Positions 1 through 10,000 are shown, counted from the stretch's first letter. The stretch: 64,000 nucleotides of DNA from Vulcanimicrobiota bacterium (GCA_963812135.1 CAWETU010000001.1:1152001-1216000); one strand, 5' to 3'. Program-made: numbers and translations. The notes: generated by a model from the letters alone, not told the origin.

Positions 1-1
1 A

Positions 2-463
2 TACGAGCTGTTGCAAGACGGCATACCGTTCACGCTGATCGCCGATGTCATGGCCGGTCACTTCATGCGCCGCGGGGAGATCGGGGCCGTCGTCGTCGGC
101 GCCGACCGCATCGCGACCAACGGCGACACCGCGAACAAGATCGGCACGTATTCGCTGGCGGTGTTGGCGCACGAGAACGGCATCCCGTTCTACGTCGCGG
201 CACCGCGCTCGACGTTCGACCCCGATCTCGCGTCGGGCGACGACATCATCATCGAAGAGCGCGACCCCGATGAAGTGCGCACCGTCCGCGGTGTTGCGTT
301 GGCGCCGGCGCAGACACCCGTGGCGAATCCGGCCTTCGACGTGACGCCGGCGCGTTACATCACCGCGTTCATCACCGACAACGGTGTGCTCCAGCCGCCG
401 TACCAAACATCGATCGCCGCAATGCTCGAAGCCGGTCAGCTTTCGGAGACGCATGCCCGCTAA
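2..463 (+). CDS. mtnA: S-methyl-5-thioribose-1-phosphate isomerase, C-terminal part (5' truncated by window)
   Basis: [21 protein letters not shown] and NPAFDVTP motifs of the eIF2B/MtnA family. Confidence 0.92.
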   Translation, partial: YELLQDGIPFTLIADVMAGHFMRRGEIGAVVVGADRIATNGDTANKIGTYSLAVLAHENGIPFYVAAPRSTFDPDLASGDDIIIEERDPDEVRTVRGVALAPAQTPVANPAFDVTPARYITAFITDNGVLQPPYQTSIAAMLEAGQLSETHAR

Positions 464-1475
464 GAAGGCGTCCGGTAAGATCGGCTATCTGCAGTTCATC
501 GATGCGCCCGTCAGCGAGCCGCCGCGGCTCGTCATCATCGCCGGCAAGGAGCCGATCTTGGCCGACGACGTCATGGCGCGTTTGGTGGCTGCTGCGCTGC
601 CCGACGAGTCGATGCGCGCGCTCAACCTGGATGTCATCGACGCGCGCGCGACCGACGACTTCAACGGGATCGAAGAGAAGACCAGCGCGTTGCCATTCCT
701 CGCTGGCCGTCGCGTGGTGACGGTACGCGGCACGATCGACCTCAAGAAGGAACAGCGTGACGAGATCGTCGCGGGAGCGGAGACGGTGCCCGAGCAAGCG
801 TTGCTCATCATCGATCACAGCGGCAAGCCTGCCAGACCTCAGGGCCGCAAACCGATGGATGAAGCCGCGGCATTCGCGAAGGCATCGCCGGATTCGATGA
901 TCGTCGACGTCACGCTCAACGCCGCCGGTTGCGAACGGTATATCCAGACGCGCGCCGCCGAGCTGGGAGTGAAGCTCGACGTGGCTGCGGTCGGCGCGCT
1001 CGGCTCGCTCGAGAACGTCACCGAGATCAAGAACGCGCTCGATCTGCTCTCGTTGCTCAAGAAACAGATCACCGAGGCCGACGTGCGCCAGTACGCGCTG
1101 CCGAGCACCGACGTGAAGTTCTGGGATCTGGCGGGCGCGATCAACGATCGCGACGCCGAGCTCGCGTTGCGGCTGGCCAAAGAGCTCGTCTCCGAGCCGA
1201 GCGACGCGATCGGGCCGCTCATCTGGCTCGCCGGCGAACAGCAGATCATCTGGGAATTGCGCAACGGCGCGCGCGGCACCGAATATGCTGCAGCCACGGG
1301 GCAAAACGCGTGGCGGGTCAACAAGCTGCTCGGCGTCGGCCGAGACCTATCGAAAAAAGAGCTGAAAGATCGCGTCGACGTCACCATGGCGGCGCTGGAG
1401 CGCTCGATCACCGGCCGGCGCCAGGCCGATCAGGCGCTCGAAGAAGTGATCGTGCGGCTCGCCAGCAAGAAGTAA
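453..1475 (+). CDS. holA: DNA polymerase III delta subunit
   Basis: ~340 aa; [30 protein letters not shown] and LEEVIVRL match the HolA layout; ATG 453 overlaps the mtnA end. Confidence 0.8.
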   Translation: MPAKKASGKIGYLQFIDAPVSEPPRLVIIAGKEPILADDVMARLVAAALPDESMRALNLDVIDARATDDFNGIEEKTSALPFLAGRRVVTVRGTIDLKKEQRDEIVAGAETVPEQALLIIDHSGKPARPQGRKPMDEAAAFAKASPDSMIVDVTLNAAGCERYIQTRAAELGVKLDVAAVGALGSLENVTEIKNALDLLSLLKKQITEADVRQYALPSTDVKFWDLAGAINDRDAELALRLAKELVSEPSDAIGPLIWLAGEQQIIWELRNGARGTEYAAATGQNAWRVNKLLGVGRDLSKKELKDRVDVTMAALERSITGRRQADQALEEVIVRLASKK

Positions 1476-1489
1476 ACCCACTCAAGCCG

Positions 1490-1520
1490 CCAGGCGCGGC
1501 CCTTGCGACGCCTGGGTTTC
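1490..1520 (+). terminator. Possible intrinsic terminator after holA
   Basis: CCAGGCG...CGCCTGG stem followed by GTTTC. Confidence 0.35.
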
Positions 1521-1545
1521 CACGATTTGAATAGGTCAGATAGGC

Positions 1546-1601
1546 TTGACAACCGCCTGGTAAATGTGGTATTTAGTCAAGTGACCAAGGCGTGTGACTA
1601 A
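1546..1601 (+). promoter_or_regulatory. Sigma70-type promoter with overlapping palindromic operator (probable TetR site)
   Basis: TTGACA 1546-1551; TGnTATTTA 1567-1575; TTAGTCA-AG-TGACCAA 1573-1588; extra half-site GTGACTAA 1594-1601. Confidence 0.6.
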
Positions 1602-1657
1602 CCCGGTATGGGGTGAACAAGCCTCTGGTTTCCCACTGCCCAAAAGGAGAGGTCAAA

Positions 1658-2383
1658 ATGAAGCGCACCGGATTCTTGACCGTTCTGGGCGGGGCGGCCG
1701 TGGCCGTTCCTCTCATAACCCAGAAGATAGAAGCTCAGACGGTCACAGTCGCAGATACCCAGACGAAGGCCCAGGGTAAGACCTATCAGCTCGCCGGCAC
1801 GCTGCTCGAGGCGTGCTCGTGCCGGACGCTGTGCCGTTGCTGGATCGGGGAAGACCCGGACGGCGGCGCGTGCAACGCGTTCAACGCCTATCACATCGAC
1901 AAGGGCACGATCAACGGGATCGACGTGTCCGGACTCACCTACGTGCAGGCCGTCAAGATCCCCGGCAACGTGCTCGTGCCCAAGAGCTGGACCCGCGTCA
2001 CCTTGCTCGATTCCAAAGCGACGCCGGCGCAGCGGCAAGCGCTGCTCGACGCCTACCATGGAAAGCTCGGCGGTCCGCTCGCAGACCTCAACGGGCTCAT
2101 CAAAGAAGATCTTGCGGTCTACGACGCGCCCATCACCCACCAGCTCGCCGGCGGCAAAGGCACAATCGTCGTCGGCGACAAGATCAGCGCGACGATGGCC
2201 CCCTACAAGAGCGCGTACGGCACCGCGACGACGTTGCGCGACAGCGTATTCAGCACGATCGCCGGAGCGCCGGCCTACGTCTCAAAAGCGACAGAGCACA
2301 TCGTGAACATCCCGGAGCATGGTATGGTGTGGACCTTCCACGACCGCAACGCCATTCAGGGCGACTTCAAGATGGAGGCATAG
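1658..2383 (+). CDS. DUF1326 family Cys-rich protein with signal-peptide-like N-terminus
   Basis: EACSCRTLCRCWIGEDPDGGAC motif; AGGAG RBS; next to DUF2182, its usual partner. Confidence 0.85.
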   Translation: MKRTGFLTVLGGAAVAVPLITQKIEAQTVTVADTQTKAQGKTYQLAGTLLEACSCRTLCRCWIGEDPDGGACNAFNAYHIDKGTINGIDVSGLTYVQAVKIPGNVLVPKSWTRVTLLDSKATPAQRQALLDAYHGKLGGPLADLNGLIKEDLAVYDAPITHQLAGGKGTIVVGDKISATMAPYKSAYGTATTLRDSVFSTIAGAPAYVSKATEHIVNIPEHGMVWTFHDRNAIQGDFKMEA

Positions 2384-2386
2384 CAC

Positions 2387-3175
2387 ATGGCGACGATCGC
2401 GGCACGCACAGCGTCACCAGACACCGGCTACTACCGCACGCTTGCGGTCCTGGCGGCAGCGATCATTGCGGCGTGGGGCGCCTGTGTGTGGGCGGAGTGG
2501 AGCGGCATCGCCGCTTCGCTCCACCACCACGCGCTCTACGAGAGCGGGCGGCCGTTTTGGATGTCGGCACTGGTGGTGCTTGGCGCCTGGCAGGTGATGA
2601 CGGCGGCGATGATGCTGCCATCATCGCTTGGCTTTATCCGCATGTACGCGGCGGCGGCACGCAACGCTCCGGAATTCCCGAAAGCGCTTGCGCTGTTCCT
2701 CACCGCCTACTTCGCGGTGTGGTCCGCGTTCGCGCTGCTCGCATTCGCAGGCGATATGCAGCTGCACCGATTGGTGGAAGCGTGGGCGTGGCTTGGCGCG
2801 CATTCGCAGTACGTGCTCGCCGGCACGCTCGGCTTCGCGGCGGTCTACCAGCTCACGCCGCTCAAAGATGCGTGCTTGAAAGCATGCCGCCATCCCGGCA
2901 TGTATCTCGCGCGCCATTATCAGCGCGGCGTGGCGAACGGCTTGTGGATCGGTCTTGGGCACGCCCTGTTCTGCCTGGGCTGCTGCTGGGCGCTCATGCT
3001 CGTGATGTTCGCGGCGGGTGTCGCGCATCTGGCATGGATGGGCGTTCTCGGCGTGGTGATGCTGGTAGAGAAAGGCTTCCCCAACGGCGATCGCGCGGTG
3101 GTGCCAGTGGGAATCGCGCTCGGAGCGCTCGCCGTTGTCGCCGCATTCGCCCCGCACGCGATACCAGGACTGTAG
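2387..3175 (+). CDS. DUF2182 predicted metal-binding integral membrane protein
   Basis: WQVMTAAMMLPS, YQLTPLKDACLKACRHP and CLGCCWALM motifs; multiple TM helices. Confidence 0.88.
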   Translation: MATIAARTASPDTGYYRTLAVLAAAIIAAWGACVWAEWSGIAASLHHHALYESGRPFWMSALVVLGAWQVMTAAMMLPSSLGFIRMYAAAARNAPEFPKALALFLTAYFAVWSAFALLAFAGDMQLHRLVEAWAWLGAHSQYVLAGTLGFAAVYQLTPLKDACLKACRHPGMYLARHYQRGVANGLWIGLGHALFCLGCCWALMLVMFAAGVAHLAWMGVLGVVMLVEKGFPNGDRAVVPVGIALGALAVVAAFAPHAIPGL

Positions 3176-3213
3176 CGGTCCGGACGAGCAACGCACTAGC
3201 GGAGGACCTGACC

Positions 3214-3855
3214 ATCAAATCGACACCACGGCAACGAGTCGGCATCACGCCGGCGCGCGAAGACGCTGAAAAAGCGTTCCTCGACGCGGCGGAGCGGCTG
3301 CTTGTCCGAGTCGGATATGCCGGCATCACGACGCGCAAACTCGCCGAAGAGGCAGGGCTCAACCACGGGCTGGTCCACTACTATTTCGGCTCCATGCAAG
3401 AGCTGCTCTTGCGGGTGCTCGAGCGTCACACCGAACGGCTCATCGCCCGGCAGAAAGAGATGTACGCTGCGCCGGGCCCGTTCATCGAGAAGTGGCGGAC
3501 CGCGATGCGCTACCTCGTCGAAGATGAAAGCAGCGGCTACGCCAAGATGTGGTTCGAGCTGCAAGCGATGGGGTGGAACGACCCCGAGATGCGCAAGCGC
3601 GTGGTCAACGTCGACCGCGCGTGGACCAAGGTCATCACCGACGCGCTCGACAAAGCGATGGCGGAATATGGCCTGGACCGCAGCCAGTTTCCGCTCGACG
3701 CCGTGGTGACGCTCGTCGGCACCTTCAATGAAGGCATCCATCTGCAGCGCTTGTCCGGCATCCATTCCGGGCACCGCGCGTTGCTCGACGCGATCGACCG
3801 CTGGCTCGAAGGCCTCGAGCAGCGCAAGAAGTCGCGCGGTGCGGCTGCGCAATGA
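3214..3855 (+). CDS. TetR/AcrR family transcriptional regulator (start codon non-canonical or uncertain)
   Basis: HTH FLDAAERLL...ITTRKLAEEAGLNHGLVHYYFGS; GGAGG RBS at 3201-3205. Confidence 0.88.
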   Translation: MKSTPRQRVGITPAREDAEKAFLDAAERLLVRVGYAGITTRKLAEEAGLNHGLVHYYFGSMQELLLRVLERHTERLIARQKEMYAAPGPFIEKWRTAMRYLVEDESSGYAKMWFELQAMGWNDPEMRKRVVNVDRAWTKVITDALDKAMAEYGLDRSQFPLDAVVTLVGTFNEGIHLQRLSGIHSGHRALLDAIDRWLEGLEQRKKSRGAAAQ

Positions 3856-6017
3856 GAGCCCGGCTGCCCGATCGCGAGGGATACGCGACGCGAGATGGGA
3901 TCAAGATCTTCTACGAGGTCTTCGGCGATGGACCGCAGACCATTCTGTTGCTGCCTCCGTGGGCGATCAACCACTCGCGGACGTGGAAGGGACAGGTCCC
4001 GTACCTCGCGCGTCATTTCCGCGTCGTCACGTATGATCCAGTCGGCAACGGGCGTTCTGACCGCCCCCAAGACCCAAACGAATATACCGATTGGAAGCGC
4101 GTCGCGGACGCGATCGCGGTCATGGATGCGACGGACACGCCGCAGGCGGTCGTCGTGGGCATCTGCACCGAAGCGTGGGTCGCGACGCTGCTCGCCGGCG
4201 AGCATCCGCAGCGCGCCAACGGCCTCGTGTTCTTCTCGCCGGTTTCGCCGTATGGTGAATCCATGCCCGAGCGCGAGGGTTTCTCGTTCGACGAACCGCG
4301 CGACACGTACGAAGGCTGGGCGAAAGAGAACCGCCACTACTGGCTGAGCAACTACAAAGATTTCCTCGAATTCTTCTTCAGTCAGGGTCTCGATGAGCCG
4401 CATTCGACCAAGCAGATCGAAGACTCGGTCGAGTGGGGATTGGAGACCGACCCGAAGACGCTGCTCGCGACGGTGGACGCACCCGAATTTCTCGCGACCT
4501 TGACGGCGTCGGACCCGCAAGTGGCCGAGCTCTATCGGAAGATCGAGTGTCCGGTGCTCGTCATCCACGGAGAGAAGGATCGGCTCGTTTCGCCGACGCG
4601 CGGCGAAGCGGTCGCACGCGCGACCGGCGGGGAGCTCGCCGTCATCGAGGGAGGCTGCCACGTCCTGTGGGGCCGCCATCCCGTCAAGATCAATCTGTTG
4701 CTGCGAGGCTTCGCTGAAAGGATCGCGTCCATGGGATCCCCGACATCAGGTAACGGAGCGCCGGCGGCGGAACGCGGACCGATGAAAGAGCAGCGTTGGG
4801 CGACCGCGCGCAGCCGCAAGCGCCGCGCGCTCTACATCTCTTCGCCCATCGGGCTCGGCCATGCGCAACGCGACGTCGCGATCGCGCGCGAGCTGCGCCG
4901 CTTGCGACCCGACCTCGAGATCGACTGGTTGGCGCAAGACCCGGTCACCCGCGTGCTCGAGGCGGAAGGCGAGCGCATCCATCCTGCCAGTCGCTTCCTC
5001 GCAAGCGAGAGCAAGCACATCGAGAGCGAGTCGGCTGAGCACGATCTGCATGCGTTCCAAGCGGTGCGCCGCATGGACGAGATCCTGGTCAACAACTTCA
5101 TGGTGTTTCACGATATCGTGCGCGACGATCCGTACGACCTGTGGATCGGCGACGAGGCCTGGGAGCTGGATTATTTCCTCCACGAGAATCCGGAAGAGAA
5201 GCGCGCCGCCTACGTGTGGATGACCGACTTCGTGGGATGGGTCCCGATGCCGGACGGCGGCGAGCGCGAGGCGTTCCTGACGACGGACTACAACGCCGAG
5301 ATGATCGAGCACATCGCGCGGTTCCCGCGCCTGCGCGATCGGTCCATCTTCGTCGGGAATCCCGATGACATCGTGCCCGAAAGCCTCGGCAAGGATCTGC
5401 CGATGATCGCAGACTGGACGCGCGAGCACTTCGATTTCTCCGGATATATCACGGGGTTCGATCCGGCCGCATTCGCCGACCGCTCGGCGCTGCGCGCCGA
5501 GCTCGGCTACAAGCCGGACGAAACCGTCTGCATCGTGACCGTCGGCGGATCAGGTGTCGGTGGAGCTCTGCTGCGTCGCGTGATCGAGTCGTTCCCAGCG
5601 GCCAAGCGTCTCGTGCCGAGCTTGCGGATGATCGCGGTCGCGGGGCCGCGCATCGATCCCGCTTCGCTTCACGCGGCTGACGGGCTCGAGATCCGGGCAT
5701 ACGTCCACGAATTGTACCGCCATCTGGCGGCGTGCGACATCGCGGTTGTACAGGGCGGACTATCGACCACGATGGAGCTGACCGCGAATCGCCGGCCGTT
5801 CTTGTACTTCCCGCTGCGCCACCACTTCGAGCAGAACTTCCACGTCCGCCACCGGCTCGAACGCTACGGTGCCGGCCGCTGTATGGATTTTGCTACCGCG
5901 ACGCCGGACGTCATCGCGGCGGCGATTGCCAGCGAGCTCAAGCGGCCGGTGGCGTACAGGCCCGTCGAAACTGACGGCGCCGCACGCGCCGCGGCGCGTA
6001 TCGCCGAGCTGCTATGA
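3852..6017 (+). CDS. Alpha/beta hydrolase fused to a GT-B (GT28-like) glycosyltransferase domain
   Basis: N-terminal YDPVGNGRSDRP, LVIHGEKD, GGCH; C-terminal SSPIGLGHAQRD, VTVGGSG, VVQGGLSTTMEL, HHFEQ. Confidence 0.85.
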   Translation: MRARLPDREGYATRDGIKIFYEVFGDGPQTILLLPPWAINHSRTWKGQVPYLARHFRVVTYDPVGNGRSDRPQDPNEYTDWKRVADAIAVMDATDTPQAVVVGICTEAWVATLLAGEHPQRANGLVFFSPVSPYGESMPEREGFSFDEPRDTYEGWAKENRHYWLSNYKDFLEFFFSQGLDEPHSTKQIEDSVEWGLETDPKTLLATVDAPEFLATLTASDPQVAELYRKIECPVLVIHGEKDRLVSPTRGEAVARATGGELAVIEGGCHVLWGRHPVKINLLLRGFAERIASMGSPTSGNGAPAAERGPMKEQRWATARSRKRRALYISSPIGLGHAQRDVAIARELRRLRPDLEIDWLAQDPVTRVLEAEGERIHPASRFLASESKHIESESAEHDLHAFQAVRRMDEILVNNFMVFHDIVRDDPYDLWIGDEAWELDYFLHENPEEKRAAYVWMTDFVGWVPMPDGGEREAFLTTDYNAEMIEHIARFPRLRDRSIFVGNPDDIVPESLGKDLPMIADWTREHFDFSGYITGFDPAAFADRSALRAELGYKPDETVCIVTVGGSGVGGALLRRVIESFPAAKRLVPSLRMIAVAGPRIDPASLHAADGLEIRAYVHELYRHLAACDIAVVQGGLSTTMELTANRRPFLYFPLRHHFEQNFHVRHRLERYGAGRCMDFATATPDVIAAAIASELKRPVAYRPVETDGAARAAARIAELL

Positions 6018-6961
6018 GAGCGCGCGAGCCGGACGCGTCCGGCTATGTCGAGCGCACGGACGCACGGATCTACTATGAGGTCTTCGGCTCGGGCCCGCAG
6101 ACGCTGCTCTTCTTGCCGACCTGGTCGCTCGTCCACTCACGCGTGTGGAAATTGCAGGTGCCGTACTTCGCGAGACATTATCGCGTGATCACGTTCGACG
6201 GGCGCGGCAACGGCAAATCGAGCCGCCCGAGCGACGCGAGCGCATACACGTATCAAGCGTTCGTCGACGATGCGCTCGCGGTGATGGACGCGACGGCGAC
6301 GCCGCGCGCGACGATAGTCGGCTACTCGATGGGCGGCGTCCGCCTGGCGATGCTCGCAACGCATCACGCCGAAAGAGTAGAGGGCGCCGTCTTCATCGGG
6401 CCGGTTTCGCCGTTTGCCGAACCGACGCGGCCCGGCGCCGGTTCGTATTCGTGGGACGAACCGCTCGAGACGACCGAAGGTTGGGCGAAGCACAACAAGT
6501 ACTACTGGCGCCAAAATTATGCCGATTGGCTCGAATTCTTCGCGGGCAAGCTGTTCACCGAACCGCACTCGACCAAAGCCATCGAAGATGTGATCGGATG
6601 GGGAAACGAGACGAATGCGGAGACCTTGATCGCGACGTATGAGTCGCCGCGATCTGCGGACCAGCCGCCGCCGGACCGTGAAGCTGCAACCGAGTACTAC
6701 GCCGGGATCCGCTGCCCGGTGCTCGTCATCCACGGCAGCGATGACGCCGTACTGCCGCACTCAATGGGCGCCGGCGTCGCACGGGCGACCGGCGGCACGC
6801 TCGTGACGATCGAGGGCGGCGGCCACACGCCGCACGTGCGCCACCCAGTGAAAGTGAATATTCTCATCCGGCGCTTCATGGATGAGGTCGTCGCACCGCG
6901 CGCGCAGCGCGAGAAACAAAGAGCTTCGCTAGACGTCGAGCGGCTCGAAGTTCGCAAATAG
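6014..6961 (+). CDS. Alpha/beta hydrolase, paralogue of the upstream hydrolase domain
   Basis: FDGRGNGKS, GYSMGG nucleophile elbow, HGSDD, GGGH. Confidence 0.9.
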   Translation: MRAREPDASGYVERTDARIYYEVFGSGPQTLLFLPTWSLVHSRVWKLQVPYFARHYRVITFDGRGNGKSSRPSDASAYTYQAFVDDALAVMDATATPRATIVGYSMGGVRLAMLATHHAERVEGAVFIGPVSPFAEPTRPGAGSYSWDEPLETTEGWAKHNKYYWRQNYADWLEFFAGKLFTEPHSTKAIEDVIGWGNETNAETLIATYESPRSADQPPPDREAATEYYAGIRCPVLVIHGSDDAVLPHSMGAGVARATGGTLVTIEGGGHTPHVRHPVKVNILIRRFMDEVVAPRAQREKQRASLDVERLEVRK

Positions 6962-7249
6962 CTCAGAGCACTCGGGGACCGTCGCGAGCGGCACGTATTC
7001 GCACGCCTCGTTGAAGCGCCCCCAGAGCTTGGCCACCTGTGGATTCGAATGCGCCTGCTCGATCGCCTCATCCGACTTCCACTCAAAGACTTCGACGATC
7101 GTGCCGTCCTCCGCGCGCATCGCCTGCGCCGGACGGTTGGTGATGAGGTTCTCGGCGCGCAACACCGCCATGTGATCGGTGACGGCGTCGAGCAGCAATG
7201 TCTCCTTGCCCTTGCGCGGCCGATATGCCGCAATTGAAAATACACCCAT
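6929..7249 (-). CDS. Small ABM/dimeric alpha-beta barrel-like protein (106 aa)
   Basis: MGVFSIAAYRPRKGKE...IVEVFEWKSDEAIEQAH pattern. Confidence 0.65.
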   Translation of the reverse strand: MGVFSIAAYRPRKGKETLLLDAVTDHMAVLRAENLITNRPAQAMRAEDGTIVEVFEWKSDEAIEQAHSNPQVAKLWGRFNEACEYVPLATVPECSELFANFEPLDV

Positions 7250-7270
7250 GCGTGTGAACGTTCGCCCAAA

Positions 7271-7294
7271 AGGGCGTTCGCGTCCCGCGACGAA
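7271..7294 (+). promoter_or_regulatory. SigH-like promoter (AGG-N17-CGAA) upstream of purB
   Basis: Same spaced motif recurs before 8 genes in the window. Confidence 0.5.
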
Positions 7295-7307
7295 CGAGCA
7301 AAGTACC

Positions 7308-8726
7308 GTGACGAATTCGTACTCCTCCCCGTTTTCTTGGCGATACGGTCGTCCCGCTATGCGCGCGCTCTTCTCGGAAGAGACCAAACGGCGCATGTGG
7401 CGGCGGATGTGGCTCGCGCTCGCCCAAGCCCAGGGCAGGGCGGGGTTGGTCAGCAACGAGGAGATCGCCGACCTGCGCCGGTTCGTCGATGCGGTCGATT
7501 TGGCCGCCGCGCACGAGCTCGAAAAAGACATCCATCACGACCTGATGGCCGAGCTGCGCGTGTACGCAAGCCAGGCGAAGCTCGGAGGCGGCAAGCTCCA
7601 TTTGGGCGCGACGTCGATGGACATCGAAGACAACGTCGAGACCGCGCGCATGAAAGTGGCGCTCTCGATGCTCGACGATTCGCTGCGCTCCTTGCTCGAC
7701 GCGTTCGCGGGCCAGATCGACAAGTACGCCGACCTGGCGTGCATGGCATACACGCACCTGCAAGCGGCCGAACCCACGACGCTCGGCTATCGCATGAGCC
7801 TGTGGGCGCACGATTTTTATCTCGACTACGAAAATCTCAAGTGCCTGGCGGCGTGGCTGCCGAGCAAAGGCTTGCGCGGCGCGGTCGGCACCTCCGCGTC
7901 GTATGCGGCGTTGCTCGACGGGACCGGCGTTTCTACCGAGGATGTCGAGCGCGAAGTCTTGTCCTCGTTCGGTCTGACGGCCGCGATGATCACGGGCCAG
8001 ACATATTCGCGGCGACTCGACTACATCGTCGTCTCGGCGGTCGCAGCGCTGGCGGCGACGGCGAGCAAGTTCGCGTTCGACATCCGCATCCTCGCGAGCA
8101 GCGGGTTCGGCGAGCTGGGCGAACCATTCGGCGAAAAGCAGGTCGGCTCGTCTGCCATGCCCTTCAAGCGCAACCCCATCATGAGCGAGCGCATCTGCTC
8201 GCTCGCGCGCCTCGTCAGCGCAAACGCCGGCGTCATGTGGCAAAACGCCGCCGACAATCTGCTGGAGCGAACGCTTGACGACTCCGCGAACCGGCGCTCG
8301 GTCATCGCCGAGACCTTTTTGGCTGCCGACGAGCTCATCGCCCTGGCGAACAAGATCGTGAGCGGATTGCGCGTTGACGAGCAGCGCATCGAGGGGAACC
8401 TGCGGCGCTTCGGGCCGTTCGCAGCGACTGAGGCGGTCCTGATGGCCGCCGCGCGGCGCGGCGGGGATCGCCAGGCGCTGCACGAGCGATTGCGAGAAGT
8501 GTCGATGCGCGCGTGGGAAGCGCTCGAGACCGATGAGAAAAACCCATTGCCGGACCTCATCGCCGCGGACCCGGCGTTCGCGGAGTACATCGAGCCGGCC
8601 GAGCTTCGAGCGCTGATGGACCCGAAGGCCCATACGGGGCTGGCCGCCGAGCGGGCGAAGCTCTTCGCAGCAAAAGTGCGCGCGCTCGAAACACCGGCGC
8701 CGCTGACATTGGAGTCGATATTGTGA
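7308..8726 (+). CDS. purB: Adenylosuccinate lyase
   Basis: HLGATSMDI, YTHLQAAEPTTLG and GSSAMPFKRNP signature; GTG start. Confidence 0.95.
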   Translation: MTNSYSSPFSWRYGRPAMRALFSEETKRRMWRRMWLALAQAQGRAGLVSNEEIADLRRFVDAVDLAAAHELEKDIHHDLMAELRVYASQAKLGGGKLHLGATSMDIEDNVETARMKVALSMLDDSLRSLLDAFAGQIDKYADLACMAYTHLQAAEPTTLGYRMSLWAHDFYLDYENLKCLAAWLPSKGLRGAVGTSASYAALLDGTGVSTEDVEREVLSSFGLTAAMITGQTYSRRLDYIVVSAVAALAATASKFAFDIRILASSGFGELGEPFGEKQVGSSAMPFKRNPIMSERICSLARLVSANAGVMWQNAADNLLERTLDDSANRRSVIAETFLAADELIALANKIVSGLRVDEQRIEGNLRRFGPFAATEAVLMAAARRGGDRQALHERLREVSMRAWEALETDEKNPLPDLIAADPAFAEYIEPAELRALMDPKAHTGLAAERAKLFAAKVRALETPAPLTLESIL

Positions 8727-10000
8727 TGAAAAAAGGATCGGAAGTCGCGCGCGGCAAGACCAAAGTGCTCTACCAGCATCCGGATCAACCGGACGCGGTG
8801 ATCGTCTCGTCACAAGACAGCATCACCGCCGGCGACGGCGCGAAGCGCAATACCATCGAGGGCAAAGGGCGCCTCGCCGCGCTGACCACGGCGCGCATCT
8901 ACCGGCTGCTCAATGCGTGCGGTTTGCCGACCCACTATCTCAGCGGCGGCGAAGACGAAGACGGCAACGAGATGATCGTGCGCCGCTGCGAGATGATCCC
9001 GATCGAAGTCGTCGTACGCGGGGTCGCCGCCGGTTCGTATCTCAAGCGCAACCCAGGCGTCAAAGAGGGCACGGTGTTCGCCCCACGTCTCGTCGAGTAT
9101 TTCTTCAAAGACGACGCGCGCCACGACCCGCAGTACACCGCAGAGCAGATCATCGTCGAGAACCTGGCGACGCCGGCCGAGCTCGTCGAGATGACCGACA
9201 TCGCGCGGCTCGTCTTCGAGATCCTCGGTCATGCGTGGAAACTGCAGACGGTGCTGCTCATCGACCTCAAGGTCGAGTTCGGACGCTGCAAAGCGGCCGA
9301 CGGCACCACGCAGATCCTGCTCGCCGACGTCATCGACAATGACTCGTGGCGCATCTGGCCGGGCGGCGACAAAGAGCGCATGCTCGACAAACAGATCTAC
9401 CGCAATATGGCGACGCCCAAAGACAGCGAGCTGAGCCTCGTCAAGGAGAAGTACGAAGAGGTCGCCGAGCGGGTCGCGCAATTCCAGAAGAGCATCGGCG
9501 GATTCGTCGCCATCATCATGGGCTCGTCGGCGGACGCGGCGCATGCCGAGCGCATCGGCAAAGCGCTTTCCGCGTTCGGCATTCCGAGCACCAAGCACGT
9601 GGCGTCGGCGCACAAGACGCCACTGTACGCCCTGGCCCGCGTCCAGCAGACGGACAGCGCCATGGGTCACGTCGTCTATATCACGATCGCGGGGCGCAGC
9701 AACGCGCTGTCGGCGTTCGTCGACGCGGCGACGCCGAACCCGGTGATCGCGTGCCCGGTCATCGGCTCGAACTGGGCGGGAATGGAAGTGCTCTCCAGCC
9801 TGCAACTGCCCTCGGGTGTGGCGAGCGTCGTGGTGCTCGAGCCTGAGAACGCCGCGCTGGCGGCGGCCAAGATCCTTGGCGTGGACGATACGGTTCTGTA
9901 CGGCAGGGTGCTTGTGTCGCAGTACCGCAGCCGGCGTAACGTCATCGATTCGGACGCGCGGCTGAGCGCGCCGCCCGGCAACGGCAAAGCGGGCGCGTGA
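8723..10000 (+). CDS. purC-purE: Bifunctional SAICAR synthetase / AIR carboxylase (PurC-PurE, PAICS-like)
   Basis: RGKTK, IPIEVVVRG, IDLKVEFG, LADVIDNDSWRIWP, then IIMGSSAD, SAHK, AGRSNAL, SSLQLPSG. Confidence 0.93.
   Translation: MMKKGSEVARGKTKVLYQHPDQPDAVIVSSQDSITAGDGAKRNTIEGKGRLAALTTARIYRLLNACGLPTHYLSGGEDEDGNEMIVRRCEMIPIEVVVRGVAAGSYLKRNPGVKEGTVFAPRLVEYFFKDDARHDPQYTAEQIIVENLATPAELVEMTDIARLVFEILGHAWKLQTVLLIDLKVEFGRCKAADGTTQILLADVIDNDSWRIWPGGDKERMLDKQIYRNMATPKDSELSLVKEKYEEVAERVAQFQKSIGGFVAIIMGSSADAAHAERIGKALSAFGIPSTKHVASAHKTPLYALARVQQTDSAMGHVVYITIAGRSNALSAFVDAATPNPVIACPVIGSNWAGMEVLSSLQLPSGVASVVVLEPENAALAAAKILGVDDTVLYGRVLVSQYRSRRNVIDSDARLSAPPGNGKAGA

Noticed and set aside
3172..3180. GTAGCGGTC as another REP copy
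   Set aside because: No palindromic second arm
1813..3213. 680-aa ORF 1813..3855 as one protein
   Set aside because: The upstream part is an Arg-rich shadow frame over DUF1326/DUF2182; only the TetR portion is credible
7250..7307. Purine, ZTP or PRPP riboswitch before purB
   Set aside because: Only 58 nt between divergent starts; small hairpins but no recognisable aptamer core
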